Part shown: piece after piece, positions 27,325 to 42,490 of the stretch
Layout of the letters: every line of letters starts with the position of its first letter
Position numbering within the stretch: position 1 is the stretch's first letter
Source: Eledone cirrhosa
Taxonomy: Eukaryota
DNA: 64,000 bases
Assembly (NCBI GenBank): GCA_964016885.1
Contig: OZ024752.1
Span: 3,100,001 to 3,164,000, forward strand
Reading direction: 5' to 3'
Program-made: the position numbers and the translations under genes
Notes under the pieces: generated by a model
Told to the model about the DNA's origin: nothing
Database searches by the model: none
The model's input: only the letters and a program-made list of their open reading frames with translations

Positions 27325-27369
<45 letters not shown>

Positions 27370-28641
27370 CGGTTTCTGTTGAACAAAATGAAATTGTTAA
27401 TTATACATTGATCGGTTATAGTTGCCTGTCCAGCGAATGTAATAATAAATGAATATACATATATAGATGCATTTGTGTAGAGAGATATGAGGAGTGATAC
27501 ATAGAAATATAGATATAGGTGAAGGTTCTGCAACGCTAATCTCATTGACGTGATTTCAAAATTTACTCTTTCACCAAATGTGTTGTCCAACTTGCTGGGG
27601 CACATTTACTTTGCTTACAGCAAGTTGCTTTACTGTCAAAATAGGGAATCCTTTTTATTTCATGGATGGATGAATTGTAATAAGAAATGTAGTCAGCCGC
27701 AAATGCAATTCCTGCTAGAAATAAACATTCTCTTTATGATAAGTAAAATGCAATGCAGAATGCAAATATAAACCTACATATAAAGGTTTCTGTTTCATTC
27801 CCTTCCATCTTTTCCCATTTCGCTGTCGCTAACACACCTTCTGTATCTCCCCCACATTATATATATAAACAATAAATGTCTGTGTTAATATATATGTATA
27901 TCTATATGTGTGAATATATACCCCGAACGTTTAATTAGGAATATACTCAGGTATTTACTAATGTTTCTTGAGTGAGTTGGAATTTGGCCGGAGTATCGCT
28001 ACTAGCTTTCTCCGATTATATATTTATATATTTACTCTTGGAGCAACAGATATGAACATTCCAGATATAAGGTATGACTCTCTTTGTCTATTATTTCATA
28101 TGAATATTGATTGTTTGTTCTTTTATCTCATTCTGTTACTTTGACCGAGAAAATATCTATGTGTGTCATCAAGCGATGCGCATATATGGTTATGTTTTCA
28201 TATCCAATTGAGTTCTAGCACGTGGCTTGAATTCTTTTCAGTAGTCATTGACATGCGCATCTATTGTTTTTGGCGGTAATCTCCTTCCGCCCATTATGGA
28301 GACAGTGTGAGATTTTCTTTAGAAATGCTGGACTAACAACCTAGCAGCTTCCTCAAGCAGTGATGGTGATTATCGCTAAATATTGATGTTGATTTGGTTA
28401 TCAATATTAATATTATTGGGCACCCACTGAAGAATTATATGAACCAACTTGAATAAATATCTGTTGAACAACCTTCTACATCTTTTGAACAAGCTTCTAC
28501 ACCCTTAACGGGATCTTCAGAAGTTCCGGTAAAGGGTGAAAGCAGCGATTGTGTGCTTAAACTTTAATCTGTTATTTTAATAAATATTTGCTCTCCGGTT
28601 CTTATATATTTGATATACTTAGTCTTCAAATTTATTATTAT

Positions 28642-28716
<75 letters not shown>

Positions 28717-28854
28717 CTTAGACAGTGGGCATCCTGATGATTTCTCCCCAATGAAACAGTTCTAGTCCTGTAGAAGGCATTTCTATATTATATTATATAA
28801 ATATATATATATATAAACATATATATATATATATATCTATATATATATATGTCA

Positions 28855-29140
28855 GGTCACCAGTTGGTGCTACTGGTAACATGTATCCCAGTACAACCTG
28901 TCCCATGGTCGGGTCGTTGGCGACTAAACTGGCAACCCCACCAAGGTTTCTTGGTGAGGAGGGTGACTTTGGACATCCTGCAGGACTAAAAACAAAACCT
29001 GTCAAAGGGCAAAGGAGCTCTTAAAAGTCAATGGCCAACCAAAATCACCGGGAGAGATGACCCCTTAGCCTTTGTCAAGGCAGAATTCTAGGAGAAGGAA
29101 AACTCTGATATCACACCTGCAACCCTGATGATATCCAATG
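28855..29140 (+). mobile_element. Probable interspersed repeat (SINE- or LINE-end-like)
   Basis: GC-richer block starting right after a (TA)n tract; no coding motif recognised. Confidence 0.35.
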
Positions 29141-29487
29141 ATGTTGACTTGTTCTTCTTTTTGGTAAATATCATCTTGGTTAAGAGAGTGGGACTGGCTT
29201 TGTGCAGTGCCTTTGCTCACTATAAAAACTTCACGGCACAGGCATTGCTTTATATCTGGAGATCTCTCTGCACTTGTCGTCACATGGCACCATGGGCCCA
29301 GCACTATGTGTCAATAATTGTCACATGTGTAGTGTTTGTACCGGGGTTTTCAAGTCGCTGGCCGGACTGAAAAGTCACACTCGTTCAGCGCATCGGTAGG
29401 GGTTCTCCTACATGGATATAAAGTAGTGGCCGTACTCGAAAACGAGTTGGCAGCCACCATATATATATATATATATGTGTGTGTGTT

Positions 29488-30314
29488 TAATGGTAGCTAT
29501 GGCGCTTCCATAGGCGGTATGCCGGTTGAGCAGTATATGTTCTTACAGAGCAGAGTGTGATATAATATTAAAAAAACCAAAAATCAGTGATGCATCTAGA
29601 CTTAGTTTATTGCGTGTAACACTTGTTTCGCCGACAGATAGCTCTAGACATGATCATTGTTTGGATCTGCCTGATTATATAACTGCGGGCTCTTCGGACA
29701 CATGCAGTGCTTTCGGAGCAAATTTCCTCAATGGGGTGTTAGGTACAAAAAACACCTTCTAAAAACATCTTCCACTCTTGTCTTGCCATTGGCTGTTGTT
29801 TTTCTACGTCATCTGAAATTCTGGTCAATCTTTGTTGCCACACTGGTCATTAGCTACTCTCCGTCCGACACACTTCAATGGACTCATGCTGGGTTTGGTA
29901 TTTCCAACTCCGCTCACACTCGCGAATATATACACACACATACACACACACATATAAATATATGCATACACATATGTACGCACACATATGTAGAGACACA
30001 CATCCCATATACATATACAAACACACACTACCTCTTTTACGCATACCCACACACACCCACACCCATATACACACCAATACACATCCACTGGCGCCTGCTT
30101 ATATACCCCCATATATCCGGTCTCACACGCACGCAAACGCGCACACACGCAGACACACACGTACACTCATACAAGGACCCATGTGTCAAAAGAACCCGCA
30201 GTTATAGAATCTGGCAGATCCATACAATGCTCATGTCTCGAGATTTCTGCCGGCGAGACAATTATAACACGCAATAAACTGAGTCTAGATGCTTCACTGA
30301 TTTTTCGTTCTTTG

Positions 30315-30320
<6 letters not shown>
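29488..30320 (-). mobile_element. Fold-back family D element: about 140-bp diverged inverted arms, about 70-nt putative tail on the left
   Basis: 29561-29703 is inverted to 30181-30322; (TA)n/(TG)n on both sides. Confidence 0.75.
29614..29701 (-). ncRNA. Degenerate type I hammerhead with long helix II, family D
   Basis: GTGT-CCGAAGA-GCC..about 60 nt..GGC-GAAA-caagtg-TT-ACAC; sister arm 30183-30270 has caatta-TA-ACAC. Confidence 0.55.
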
Positions 30321-30354
<34 letters not shown>

Positions 30355-31091
30355 AATAAACAGATTTAGAGAAAATATACACACTCATAAGTGTTTGTCT
30401 ATAGAAATGATTAACACTGATGAAGTTAATACGGTCAAAGATGTCCCTAATTCCAATAGATTTATATTATTTCGGCAATTCAGAAGTATGCACACAGTTA
30501 AACAGGGACAGAAAATATGCATTTAAAATACAAAGAACACTATACAGAACAGGTATAAACAATTACTACCACATTCAGCCTCACAATGACACGGAAATAA
30601 TGAAATAAACTACTGCCTCACCTGGCAAAACCACGCCACGACGTGGCTTCCCAGGATCGTGTGAAACAGCACGCAGTGAATTTGAAACACGGCTGGGCAA
30701 AAGTTGTGAAGAGAGAATATCGAAAGGACAGAAGCAGAGATCTCTACTTTAATTATACAAATGCATGTAATATACATACACACGCACAACTACACAAACA
30801 CACAAACGCACACACAGACACATTAACACACATATATGTTTTGTGTATATATATATAACTATGCTGGAAAGCATGGCGTCCGACCCTCTACCGATACTGC
30901 CAATCCACCGCCCTTTATATATATAATGTGGGGGAGATACAGAAGGTGTGTAAGCGAGAGTGAAATGGGAAAAGATGGAAGGGAATGAAACAGAAACCTT
31001 TATATGTAGGTTTATATTCGCATTCTACATTGCATTTTAGTTATCATAAAGAGAATATATATATATATATATATATAGGAAAAGGTATGGG

Positions 31092-31215
31092 CCCGACGGC
31101 TTGAAGTCTGCCGTCGGGGTCATACGTTTTCCTATCACCCACTCTACTACTCTAAGTATTGAGTAATGTGGTGTGTTATGGTCCACATGGTTCCTTACCA
31201 CAATTCCCTCGTAAT
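31092..31215 (+). mobile_element. Family C 3' end plus tail fragment between (TA)n tracts
   Basis: Matches 26412-26530. Confidence 0.75.
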
Positions 31216-31803
31216 ATATATATATATATATATATATATACACTCGCATATACATACACACACACATACATATGTATAGTCAGTCAGTGAACGCGATCAG
31301 CCGCATATTTTGGTGTGGGAGACTATTCAGTAAATCTAAGATGATTCCTATCTCCGATAGTAATGCCACAACTACCAGTCATATTGAATAACTGGGTATT
31401 CTTCTAACTTTTATTCGAATTCGTAGAGATATCCGACTAAATACATAAGCTGGTCTTCACAGGAACAGAAAGAACACAATTAGTTAGGAAATTACAAGTA
31501 CAATCCATTAATGAAACAGTAAAAATATGTGAAACATTCCCAAAAATGTGCATCTAATAACTGTATATGCACATGTACAAATTCTAAGCTTATACACATG
31601 CACACATACAACTTATACACATCCATACATATAATAACATCCAGATCTACGCATGCAGACATGCATGCATGATCTACCTAGTTGATGTTGTATAAATTCC
31701 AATGAGAGAGTATTGTGTCTATGTTAGAAACCGACTCTCTCTTTTGGCAAACATTTGTGAAATTATAAAACCAGTAGAAAATACATATATATATATCTAT
31801 CTA

Positions 31804-32675
<872 letters not shown>

Positions 32676-32731
32676 ATATATATATATATTGATGAACCAA
32701 GTCAATTGCATGAACTCATAATCCTTTATTT

Positions 32732-32787
32732 ACTGCTATATATATTTCGATGATAGCCATTGCATGGCTATGACCTCATCAGGCAGT
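32732..32787 (-). ncRNA. Canonical minimal type I hammerhead ribozyme motif
   Basis: ACTGC-CTGATGA-GGTCATAGCCAT-gca-ATGGCTATCATC-GAAA-TATATA-TA-GCAGT; full core, G10.1-C11.1, palindromic loop III. Confidence 0.85.
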
Positions 32788-33093
32788 TAGTCAGTTCTTA
32801 GATATGCCAGCCCTGTGTTTATGGTGTTGATGGTATCCAAGCCTTGGGACATATGAGCTTGTTAGGGATAATTTAATGTTGTCAGCAGGAATAATCTTAA
32901 TTCTCATTGGTCAGTTTGTAGCTGATAGTAGGGTTGGTTTTGACCTCAAAGAGGCAGGTGGTGTTGTAAAGTTCAAACCGTCAGGCAAAATGACAATAGT
33001 TCTATATGACTGATTTTCACAAAAAGCATTCCTGGTCAGATATATATTCAATTGCGGTTTATAGTATCAAATTCGATAGTACAGGTCATTCTT

Positions 33094-33390
33094 AAATTGA
33101 GGAATTTATTTGGGGTAGTACTACTGAAAATGATGGTTAGGGTCGAACATTTACATATAAAAACACTTATGTTGGTTGACTTGCATATACATTCACACCC
33201 ACCCCCACACACACACACAAAGACACCCACACATACAAATTGAGGAATATATGTGTGGTGGTAATACTGAAAATTATGGTTAGAATCAAATACTTAGAAA
33301 GTTTACAAATAAAGAGACTTATGTTGGTTGACTTGTACAAACATTCACACCTACCCCCATAGACACACACTCAAATCTACACACACAAAT
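33094..33390. repeat. Diverged tandem duplication of about 145-150 bp
   Basis: aaattgaggaat..actgaaaat..cttatgttggttgacttg..cattcacacc occurs twice. Confidence 0.75.
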
Positions 33391-33599
33391 CTATACAGGT
33401 GTGAATATATATATGTACGCACGCACAAGTGCATACATATATACAACAGACGCCCCCGAATCCAAGTACAAGGCAGACATAAAACGAGGTGGGTGTTATT
33501 TTTAAAGAAAAGAAAAGTGGGTGTTTGGAAAAGTTATTGTTTAGACTAGACAAAAGTAGAGTGTGATATATATCTTCACAGCAATAGCTCGGGGGCTTT

Positions 33600-35115
33600 A
33601 GCGAATCCCTTAGTACAGACATATATACCCACCCACACTTTTTATATCTCTGGATGCGTGTGTATGTCTATATACACATGTGCACTCATACAAGAGAGCA
33701 TATACAAATATACTCTTAAGCATACACTCGAACATTTTTCAAATGCAACCTCGGGTATTAGTAATTCGTTGCGTTCACATGAGTGTGTACATTCACGCAG
33801 TCCCAGTATACACACACAACGCACGGTTGTGGGCACTCATTCATGCGTATAGAGTTAGTACCTTAGGATAATTGTTCTTCCTGTGTGGCCCACCCCCGGG
33901 GGGGGGGGTTCCTCAGGGTCAATAAACGTGGTTTCGCTGACTCCTAACCGTAGAGGATCCGGTGGACAATCCACAGTAGGGACCACAAACTATGGGTGAC
34001 TGGTGTTGCCCATTGGTCATTGGCACGGGGTGTAGGGGACCTACATGGGGGGGGGGTCGTTGTGGGAGGCCATAACCGGGGTTTATCCATATAGCTTGAG
34101 GAAAGTTCCCGTCCTTAGGTGTCTGAAGGCGCTGAATAAATCGGCCCTTCTGTTTAATAGCTTGGTTCCGCCATGAAGTATCTCGAGTGTCTCACTAAGA
34201 GAGAGGTTGCAAATACCTCTGTCTGGGGGAACCTTTCTAACCACGGACCAGAACCAGACCAGAGAGTACGGGGTCTTTTTAAGTTTGAGCTTCCAGATCA
34301 ATTCAGAAAGGGCCGTACATTTCCTCTTTTCTCTTCTGTTAAAGGAATGGCGATGGTTATACAACGTATCTTTGAAGCTCGTCGCCGTGGATTCTGTGTA
34401 ATGGTGCTCCGAGTTAGGAGTTGTGACCTTGCACCTATAGACTACGTTTTTCGTCATGCATTCATTACTAAGGGGGCATAGTGATGGGTCTCTGCAATTG
34501 CATGATTTCTTAAGCCTCTGCACATGTACGGCCTGGTTACCATCACTCGGGGTTGGCTGGGTAGCCGCGCAATCAGCACAGCGTCTTTGGGTTTCGCTGT
34601 GCTAGTTGGGCCTGTCCGGGGTCTGGTGCGACCCGCGTGCTGGTTCCGTTGGGTGACTCCGGGGTTTACGGTGGTATTAGAGGCAGTGAGCCTATTCCTA
34701 TTTAAGCTGGCCATGTTCTGGGCTACGGAGCGTATGGTTGAGTAGGAAAATTTCACCGTGTGCCTGTTAAATACTGTATGGTACTTGTGGGCCCTAGGGA
34801 AACATGTATCCAGTACTCTAAAGAATGTTCTAGCCAGGCTGGTACGTAGACCCACCGAGTACGGAGACTTATACCATGTGACCTCCCTGGTCCTATTCTT
34901 GCGGAGTTGTTGGGTGTCCGCCGTGGTCCATCGCGGGGTTGTGCACAGCTCAGGTCGAGCTCGGTTGGTGTCACTCAGGCGTGCGGAGCGGTCACTATCA
35001 TGAGGGTTATATTGGCCAAACGTGGGGTTATAAAACTGCGCGGTGCGGCCTCCCTGCTCAATGACGGTTCGGCGGGTGGTGGGGCCGGTGCAGGGGTGCC
35101 TATGCTCCGCACCGC
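33600..35115 (-). mobile_element. 5'-truncated Naiad-type Penelope-like element (linker, GIY-YIG, 3' region)
   Basis: RNRTREVTWYKSPYS, FNRHTVKFSYS, CNCRDPSLCPLSNEC, VVY, FK...NH.HSF, LS..IWKLK, LLNRR..FRH in ORFs 34454-34855 and 34083-34523 (frameshifted). Confidence 0.85.
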
Positions 35116-35396
35116 AGTATATTCTATTATAATATTATAATATTCTATTATATTATAATATTGTATTATAATATACGGCTCAGAAATATCTCTTTCTTAG
35201 AGCTCTTTTGTTGTAAGAGACTATTTTGAGTTCCTAACTCAATATATACCTTTAATATATATATATATATACTATAGAGTATGTCCATATGATCATTTTA
35301 TAATATATATACACCATTTCCTCTCCCAATTAGCATAATCAACCACACAAGAAAACAATTGAACCAGGCTATAAGATTAAAAGACACCTATGAAGA

Positions 35397-35450
35397 AATA
35401 GTAGATAAATAAACGACAGCCAGATGGCTGTCGTTTATTTATCTACTATT
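35397..35450. repeat. Perfect palindrome with 26-bp arms and 2-nt loop
   Basis: aatagtagataaataaacgacagcca-ga-tggctgtcgtttatttatctactatt. Confidence 0.95.
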
Positions 35451-35927
35451 CGCGATCAACCGCTATAGAATATTTACCCAACATTTCAATAGCACGTGGA
35501 AATCGATTAAATATTCCGTCAACCATCTACAATTAGGTATAAAATTAAAGTTAGAAGAACATGTGTGAGTGTCTGTGGGTGTGTGCATGTCTGTGTGTGC
35601 ATGTGTGTAATAAGACCACCATTGGTGCCAGTGATAAATGATTTTGTTGTTTCCACATAGGTACACACTGCTCAGCTTCGGGAATTAAAGTGTACGTCAA
35701 TGAGCTTTATGAAGACAGGTTTACCTTGAATGTATTTCATAGGCAGACAGAAATTGAAAAAAAGGTTACCTCTTTGAACTCAGGCACATATCGTTCACTG
35801 AATATATTTATTGTTTTAGTTATTCATTTAAGAAACGTTTAAATAAAAGTGGTGTATTTGGAGATTGTTTCAGGTACATCTAAAAGAGGAAGCCAAAGAA
35901 ATGTGTATCAGCAACTTTATATATATC

Positions 35928-35961
<34 letters not shown>

Positions 35962-38900
35962 GATATATATATATATGCGTGTGTGTGTGTGTGTGTGTTT
36001 GTGTGTATCTATGTGTGTGTGCGTATATTTGTATAAATATATATATGTAACTGTTCGTCTATTGTGTGTGTATATATATATATTTGAGGTGAAAAATGGA
36101 TTTCTCTTCTATGAATCATGAGACGGAATTTATAAAAAAAATGATAACTATCATCTTTTCATTTACATTTTTTTTTTTTTTACTTAATGCGTTTCCAAAT
36201 AGTAATTTCTTACGAGATGCAATGGCATATAGCCAAACTCCCAATGTCAGTTGGAGGAAAACGACCAATATATAATACTGCAATGTTTCTATATTTGAAA
36301 TGAAAAAAATATAAAATCATGAGATTGAAACCTTCCAATGCAAATTGAAATATTAACCAATTCCATCCATCATTTTCCAATTTGAAAACATTTTCATTTC
36401 CACCTCTCTAGCTCCATATATTTGTATTTTAAACTTTGAAATAATTGTCGGAGGCTTATAATTTCAATTGAAATGAAAGTTTGCATGCACAGTTCGTTCC
36501 TCACATATTGATTTAGTTGCCCTTTGCATCCATGTTTTAGAAACTAGCTCCTATTTTGTAGCCACAATGTATGCTTCAGTTTATATTTAAAGATATTGAT
36601 CTGGGTTCCTTCAGAATGATAGAACAACCCCCTCAATCTTTGAAATGCTTCCACTACACTCGCTCAATCACAATCACCACTAAATAGAGAAGGCTTTTGC
36701 TGAATCTAACATGCACTCTACCCATGATAACTGAAACATTTCGTCACTCTGTCAATTTCTATAAAAGACTTGACTGATGGCACTTCTGTGTCATTAGAGT
36801 TCCTCTCAATGCCACAATGTAGTACTTTGGGTTTAGAAAATATCATGCTTATGCTCGCCAGGTGATGATAATTGATGCCCAGAATTTTCAGGAAAACATA
36901 GTGGTCTTTCCAGACCACTATTCCCTACAGTCTCCCAATGTGCAGCATCCAACGACGATATTTCCTTAGATGTCAGATTCTCGGTCTCTGACCCATAAAA
37001 CAAAGTAGTTTTTAGATCGAATAATTAAATTTAAAATAACTGTGAACTCGATTTTGTATTGCTATATAATGCTTAAATTAATTCCTGAGTAAAGGGGTTT
37101 TAATTCAATGTCTCATTCACCTCTCCTTACAACATATAAATCTGCAGAAGAGTTTTGATCGTTATATCACTAGTATAATGGGTTTTGAAACTATCTTCAT
37201 CCACTGAATGAAATGACCAATTGGAAACATATTCACTTAGGTTGTCTGGAAACTTCCCTATTATTCATAGAAATATATTACGTCATGCTGGATAGTTATT
37301 GCTAATATCACGAGGAAAATCTAACAGCATTTTTAATTGCATTCTAATTGATTGATTGTTTCATTGCCACTAATTTATCAAATTGAAATTAAAATAATAA
37401 AACCTAACGGAAATAAAAGGAAGAACAATTTAGAAAATTTCAATTAAAGAAATAGAAAATTATCGAAGATGCTATCAAGATATCTAATATTTGTAATCGA
37501 CATTATTATTACTTCTGACATGGACCAATTAGATTGGCCCATGTCAAAAATAAAGGTCAGCAACTCGCATTTTTCGAGGAAAATATGCAGGTAACGCTGT
37601 CAAACTCATCGTCTTGTATGACCACGAGGAAAAGTATATTCAATAATCTCATTGTTAGTTTTAAAAATTTAAGCAGATCTCGTTGAGGAAAACACGGAAT
37701 AATTTTAGTGAATATTTCTTATATAATTACAACAGCGTTATTTACAATTTATATTTGGAAATCAATGATACGAGTTTTTAACTAAGATTCTAGTTAATTG
37801 AGTGCCATTTCAGGTCAGACAGGGAAGGTAAAAGGTCAAAACATTCTAGTGAACTCGGAAGGCTAGGGTTAGAACAGTGGAACTTATTTAGCTTCCAGAT
37901 AATTAACTGAATTCAATTTTGTTCTGTGGACAAATGTTCTCTGTTGTTCACTTAACTGACTAATGCTGCATTGTAAGATTGTAATTGACTATTTTTGAAA
38001 CTTGTGAATTGATTCATTTTCAGAAGACATATATGTTAAATGATTTCAATGTAAAGTTTGCATAGTGTGTTCAAGCGTTAAAGTTACTGTGATACAGGTG
38101 AGAAGATTTATTTAGCTGAGCACATCGTACGAGGACTGAATCCAGGCATTTGGTGAGGTTATAGTGCAGAAAGTATGGTATAGAAATCACAGAGCATCGA
38201 TGAATCAAGTAGAATAGCTGAAATGTCAGAATGGCTCGTGTGGATGCGGTATGTAGCTGGATAGTTCAGGTAAGAACCAGAAGCTTCTTATATGAGAGCT
38301 TGAAAGACAAGGAGCTCTTCGGTTTACCTACAGTTGAATGGCATATTATTGGCTGCATAACATGTAATCTCCTAAATGATAATAGAGAGTGTAAATGTTA
38401 AGATGAAGAGAGCTCAATGTATCAATTGTTTGTGTTTGGAGTTTAGTGGTAAATTAGGACAGTCGAGTTGGAGTTAATGCAACACCAATATTTTCTGAAG
38501 ATTCTTTGTTCATCAAATTCCATTATCTGGTAAGATATTCCTTATGGCCATGGAGTATGATATACGGGATGTTTTGCGCGCTACCTCTAGAAGGGTAAGC
38601 GGTGGTTTATAGGATTTTCCTGTATGTCATAAATCGAGAATATATATTCAATAGAACAGATGATGTTACTAATGCAAATAGTTGTTATATATGGACTATA
38701 TTATTCCATTTTGTGCTTAAATATGATGTTTAACTCCAACACACGACTGAGGATGCTAGCTCATCTTTGACTGTATCTCTGTTAAGGTCACATTACCATC
38801 TAAACATATTCCTACTTTCGATAGGGTATGACACATAAATATACGAAATTAGTTTTTAATTTCTAATGTTATCCGATTCTCTGCCACAGCCGTTATTTAT

Positions 38901-40798
38901 TGTTGTTTCATTTTGATTTTTGTTTTCTTCTCAAACTCAGAGAAAAATATTAAATAGCTGACATATCATTATCCAAACACTGTAAACTTATTCACTATAC
39001 TAGAGTCAATAGAGGTGACTCTAGATGGTCACTAGACCTGCTAGAAATACAAGAGAATCATTCCCATAATATACTGTCAAATCACAGGAACACACTAGTT
39101 GCTGTAGTCGTAGATAAACAATTATTAAGAGAAAAATAGACTGGAATAGAGAATATTTGGTAACATATCTTCTCCTTCAAGGGTGACCTGGGACCAAAAC
39201 AAATAACACAATAACAATGAACAACGATCTGACAATTTTACCCGTTCTATAAACAAGAAATCGCAGTCAAATCTATATAAAAACGCACCCTATTGATTAC
39301 GAAAGAAAGTACACATTGGTCAATGTAGATCCTGCTGTACGAGATGGAAGCTGATTTGGTATAAAATACAATAACAAAAACATCAACAAGAATCCACGCT
39401 ATGAATAAAAGTGACCAAGATTAAAACAACTTCAAGCTAAGCTTTAGCTGTTGCTATCCGAGCATTATAGTGAGTAATAAAATTGTACAAGTTCTAGATT
39501 GTTATATGAAAAATGTTATATGTTAAATTGTTATTTATGTTTTTGAAACAATTACCGCTGGTGTCGTTACATCAAATGTCATCTGCTTGTCAAACCGGAC
39601 GTTTTGATATTTTTACTTCTTATTTGCGTTGACATTTTGTTAAGACAACTTTCATTTCATTAAAAGTTTAGTTTGCACCAAATATGTCATTTGTTTAACA
39701 GACAGTCTAATTGATAGATTTGTCTGGCATTTGTCAAGACAGAATATTTACAGAATTCATTAATTTTTGTAAATCTATTCATTTATTTGACAAATAGAAA
39801 CATCATTGTTATTTCTCGTTTATCGGGAGTACCGACTACTCGTTTTAAAAATTTCCCATCCAAAGTCTTAATATGTGTCATATAAAAAAAGTCTTGCTTT
39901 CCACTGGAATGTGTGCATTGCAAATAGCAGGAGTATATGCTTTGCCAATTACTAATATTCAAATAACTATATACCATATATTAAACAGAATACAAACACC
40001 TCACTCCCTGCAATATACATAATTTCTATATACCATTATTCTCCAAAAATGTTTAATATACTTGAATATATAACTCAGACTTCTTTCATGAACTATTTGG
40101 ATGCTAGATAATACATTCACCTGCTGAGATTTCAACAAACACATATATATGTTACTCTATTCTACAACAGTTTATGAATTCTACTACGCGTGTCAGTGGA
40201 ATGTCATTGACCCTGTTATTTACCCTGTATTCCATTAAGAACAATATACTGATGAGCGATTTGGAAGTTGGTGCAATAGTATCTGGAAGTACAGAATTCA
40301 CTATTCACAAAATTCGTATTTCGCTTTTGAATACCAATAAGGAGGATATCAAAATACACTTATTCTACCGCTCATTTTCATTTGATATATACTTTATATC
40401 ACATACATTGGGCCTTACACTCATCAGCAATTGCTTGACTTATTCTTATCCACTATCAATGATATCTATCTCTACATATATGTCTCATGAAGGCACGTGG
40501 AATAGTGTTTAGAGAATTGGATACACAATCTATTACTAGATAAAGCGATGTTATGTCTGTGAACAAGGTACTTTAATTCACATTGCTCTTTATGTTAGGA
40601 GTTGCGACCAGTAATTAGTAGCAGCGACTGGAAATATCAACGGAAACCTTATCTCCCTTGTCCAATCCTACGACTTCCACTCCGCCAGTTAAGGCAGTGC
40701 GGTTGGGAACTTTTCGATCCCTTAAAAGTAACTGTTTTTATGTTTCAATGATTCTCCCCACCTCTCTCTCTCTCTCTTTATATATATATTATCTATAG

Positions 40799-42489
<1,691 letters not shown>

Positions 42490-42490
<1 letters not shown>

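Larger units (their letters stand above)
26893..27327 (-). mobile_element. Fold-back family B element: about 173-bp arms with no spacer plus about 90-nt tail, in (TA)n
   Basis: Palindrome 26982-27327 centred on tatca/tgata (27155/27156); tail 26893-26981. Confidence 0.9.

Noticed and set aside
28733-28770. CTGATGA...GAAA hammerhead candidate
   Set aside because: Helix II and helix I do not pair convincingly.
34524-35140. GC-rich plus-strand ORFs
   Set aside because: Antisense frames of the minus-strand Naiad remnant.
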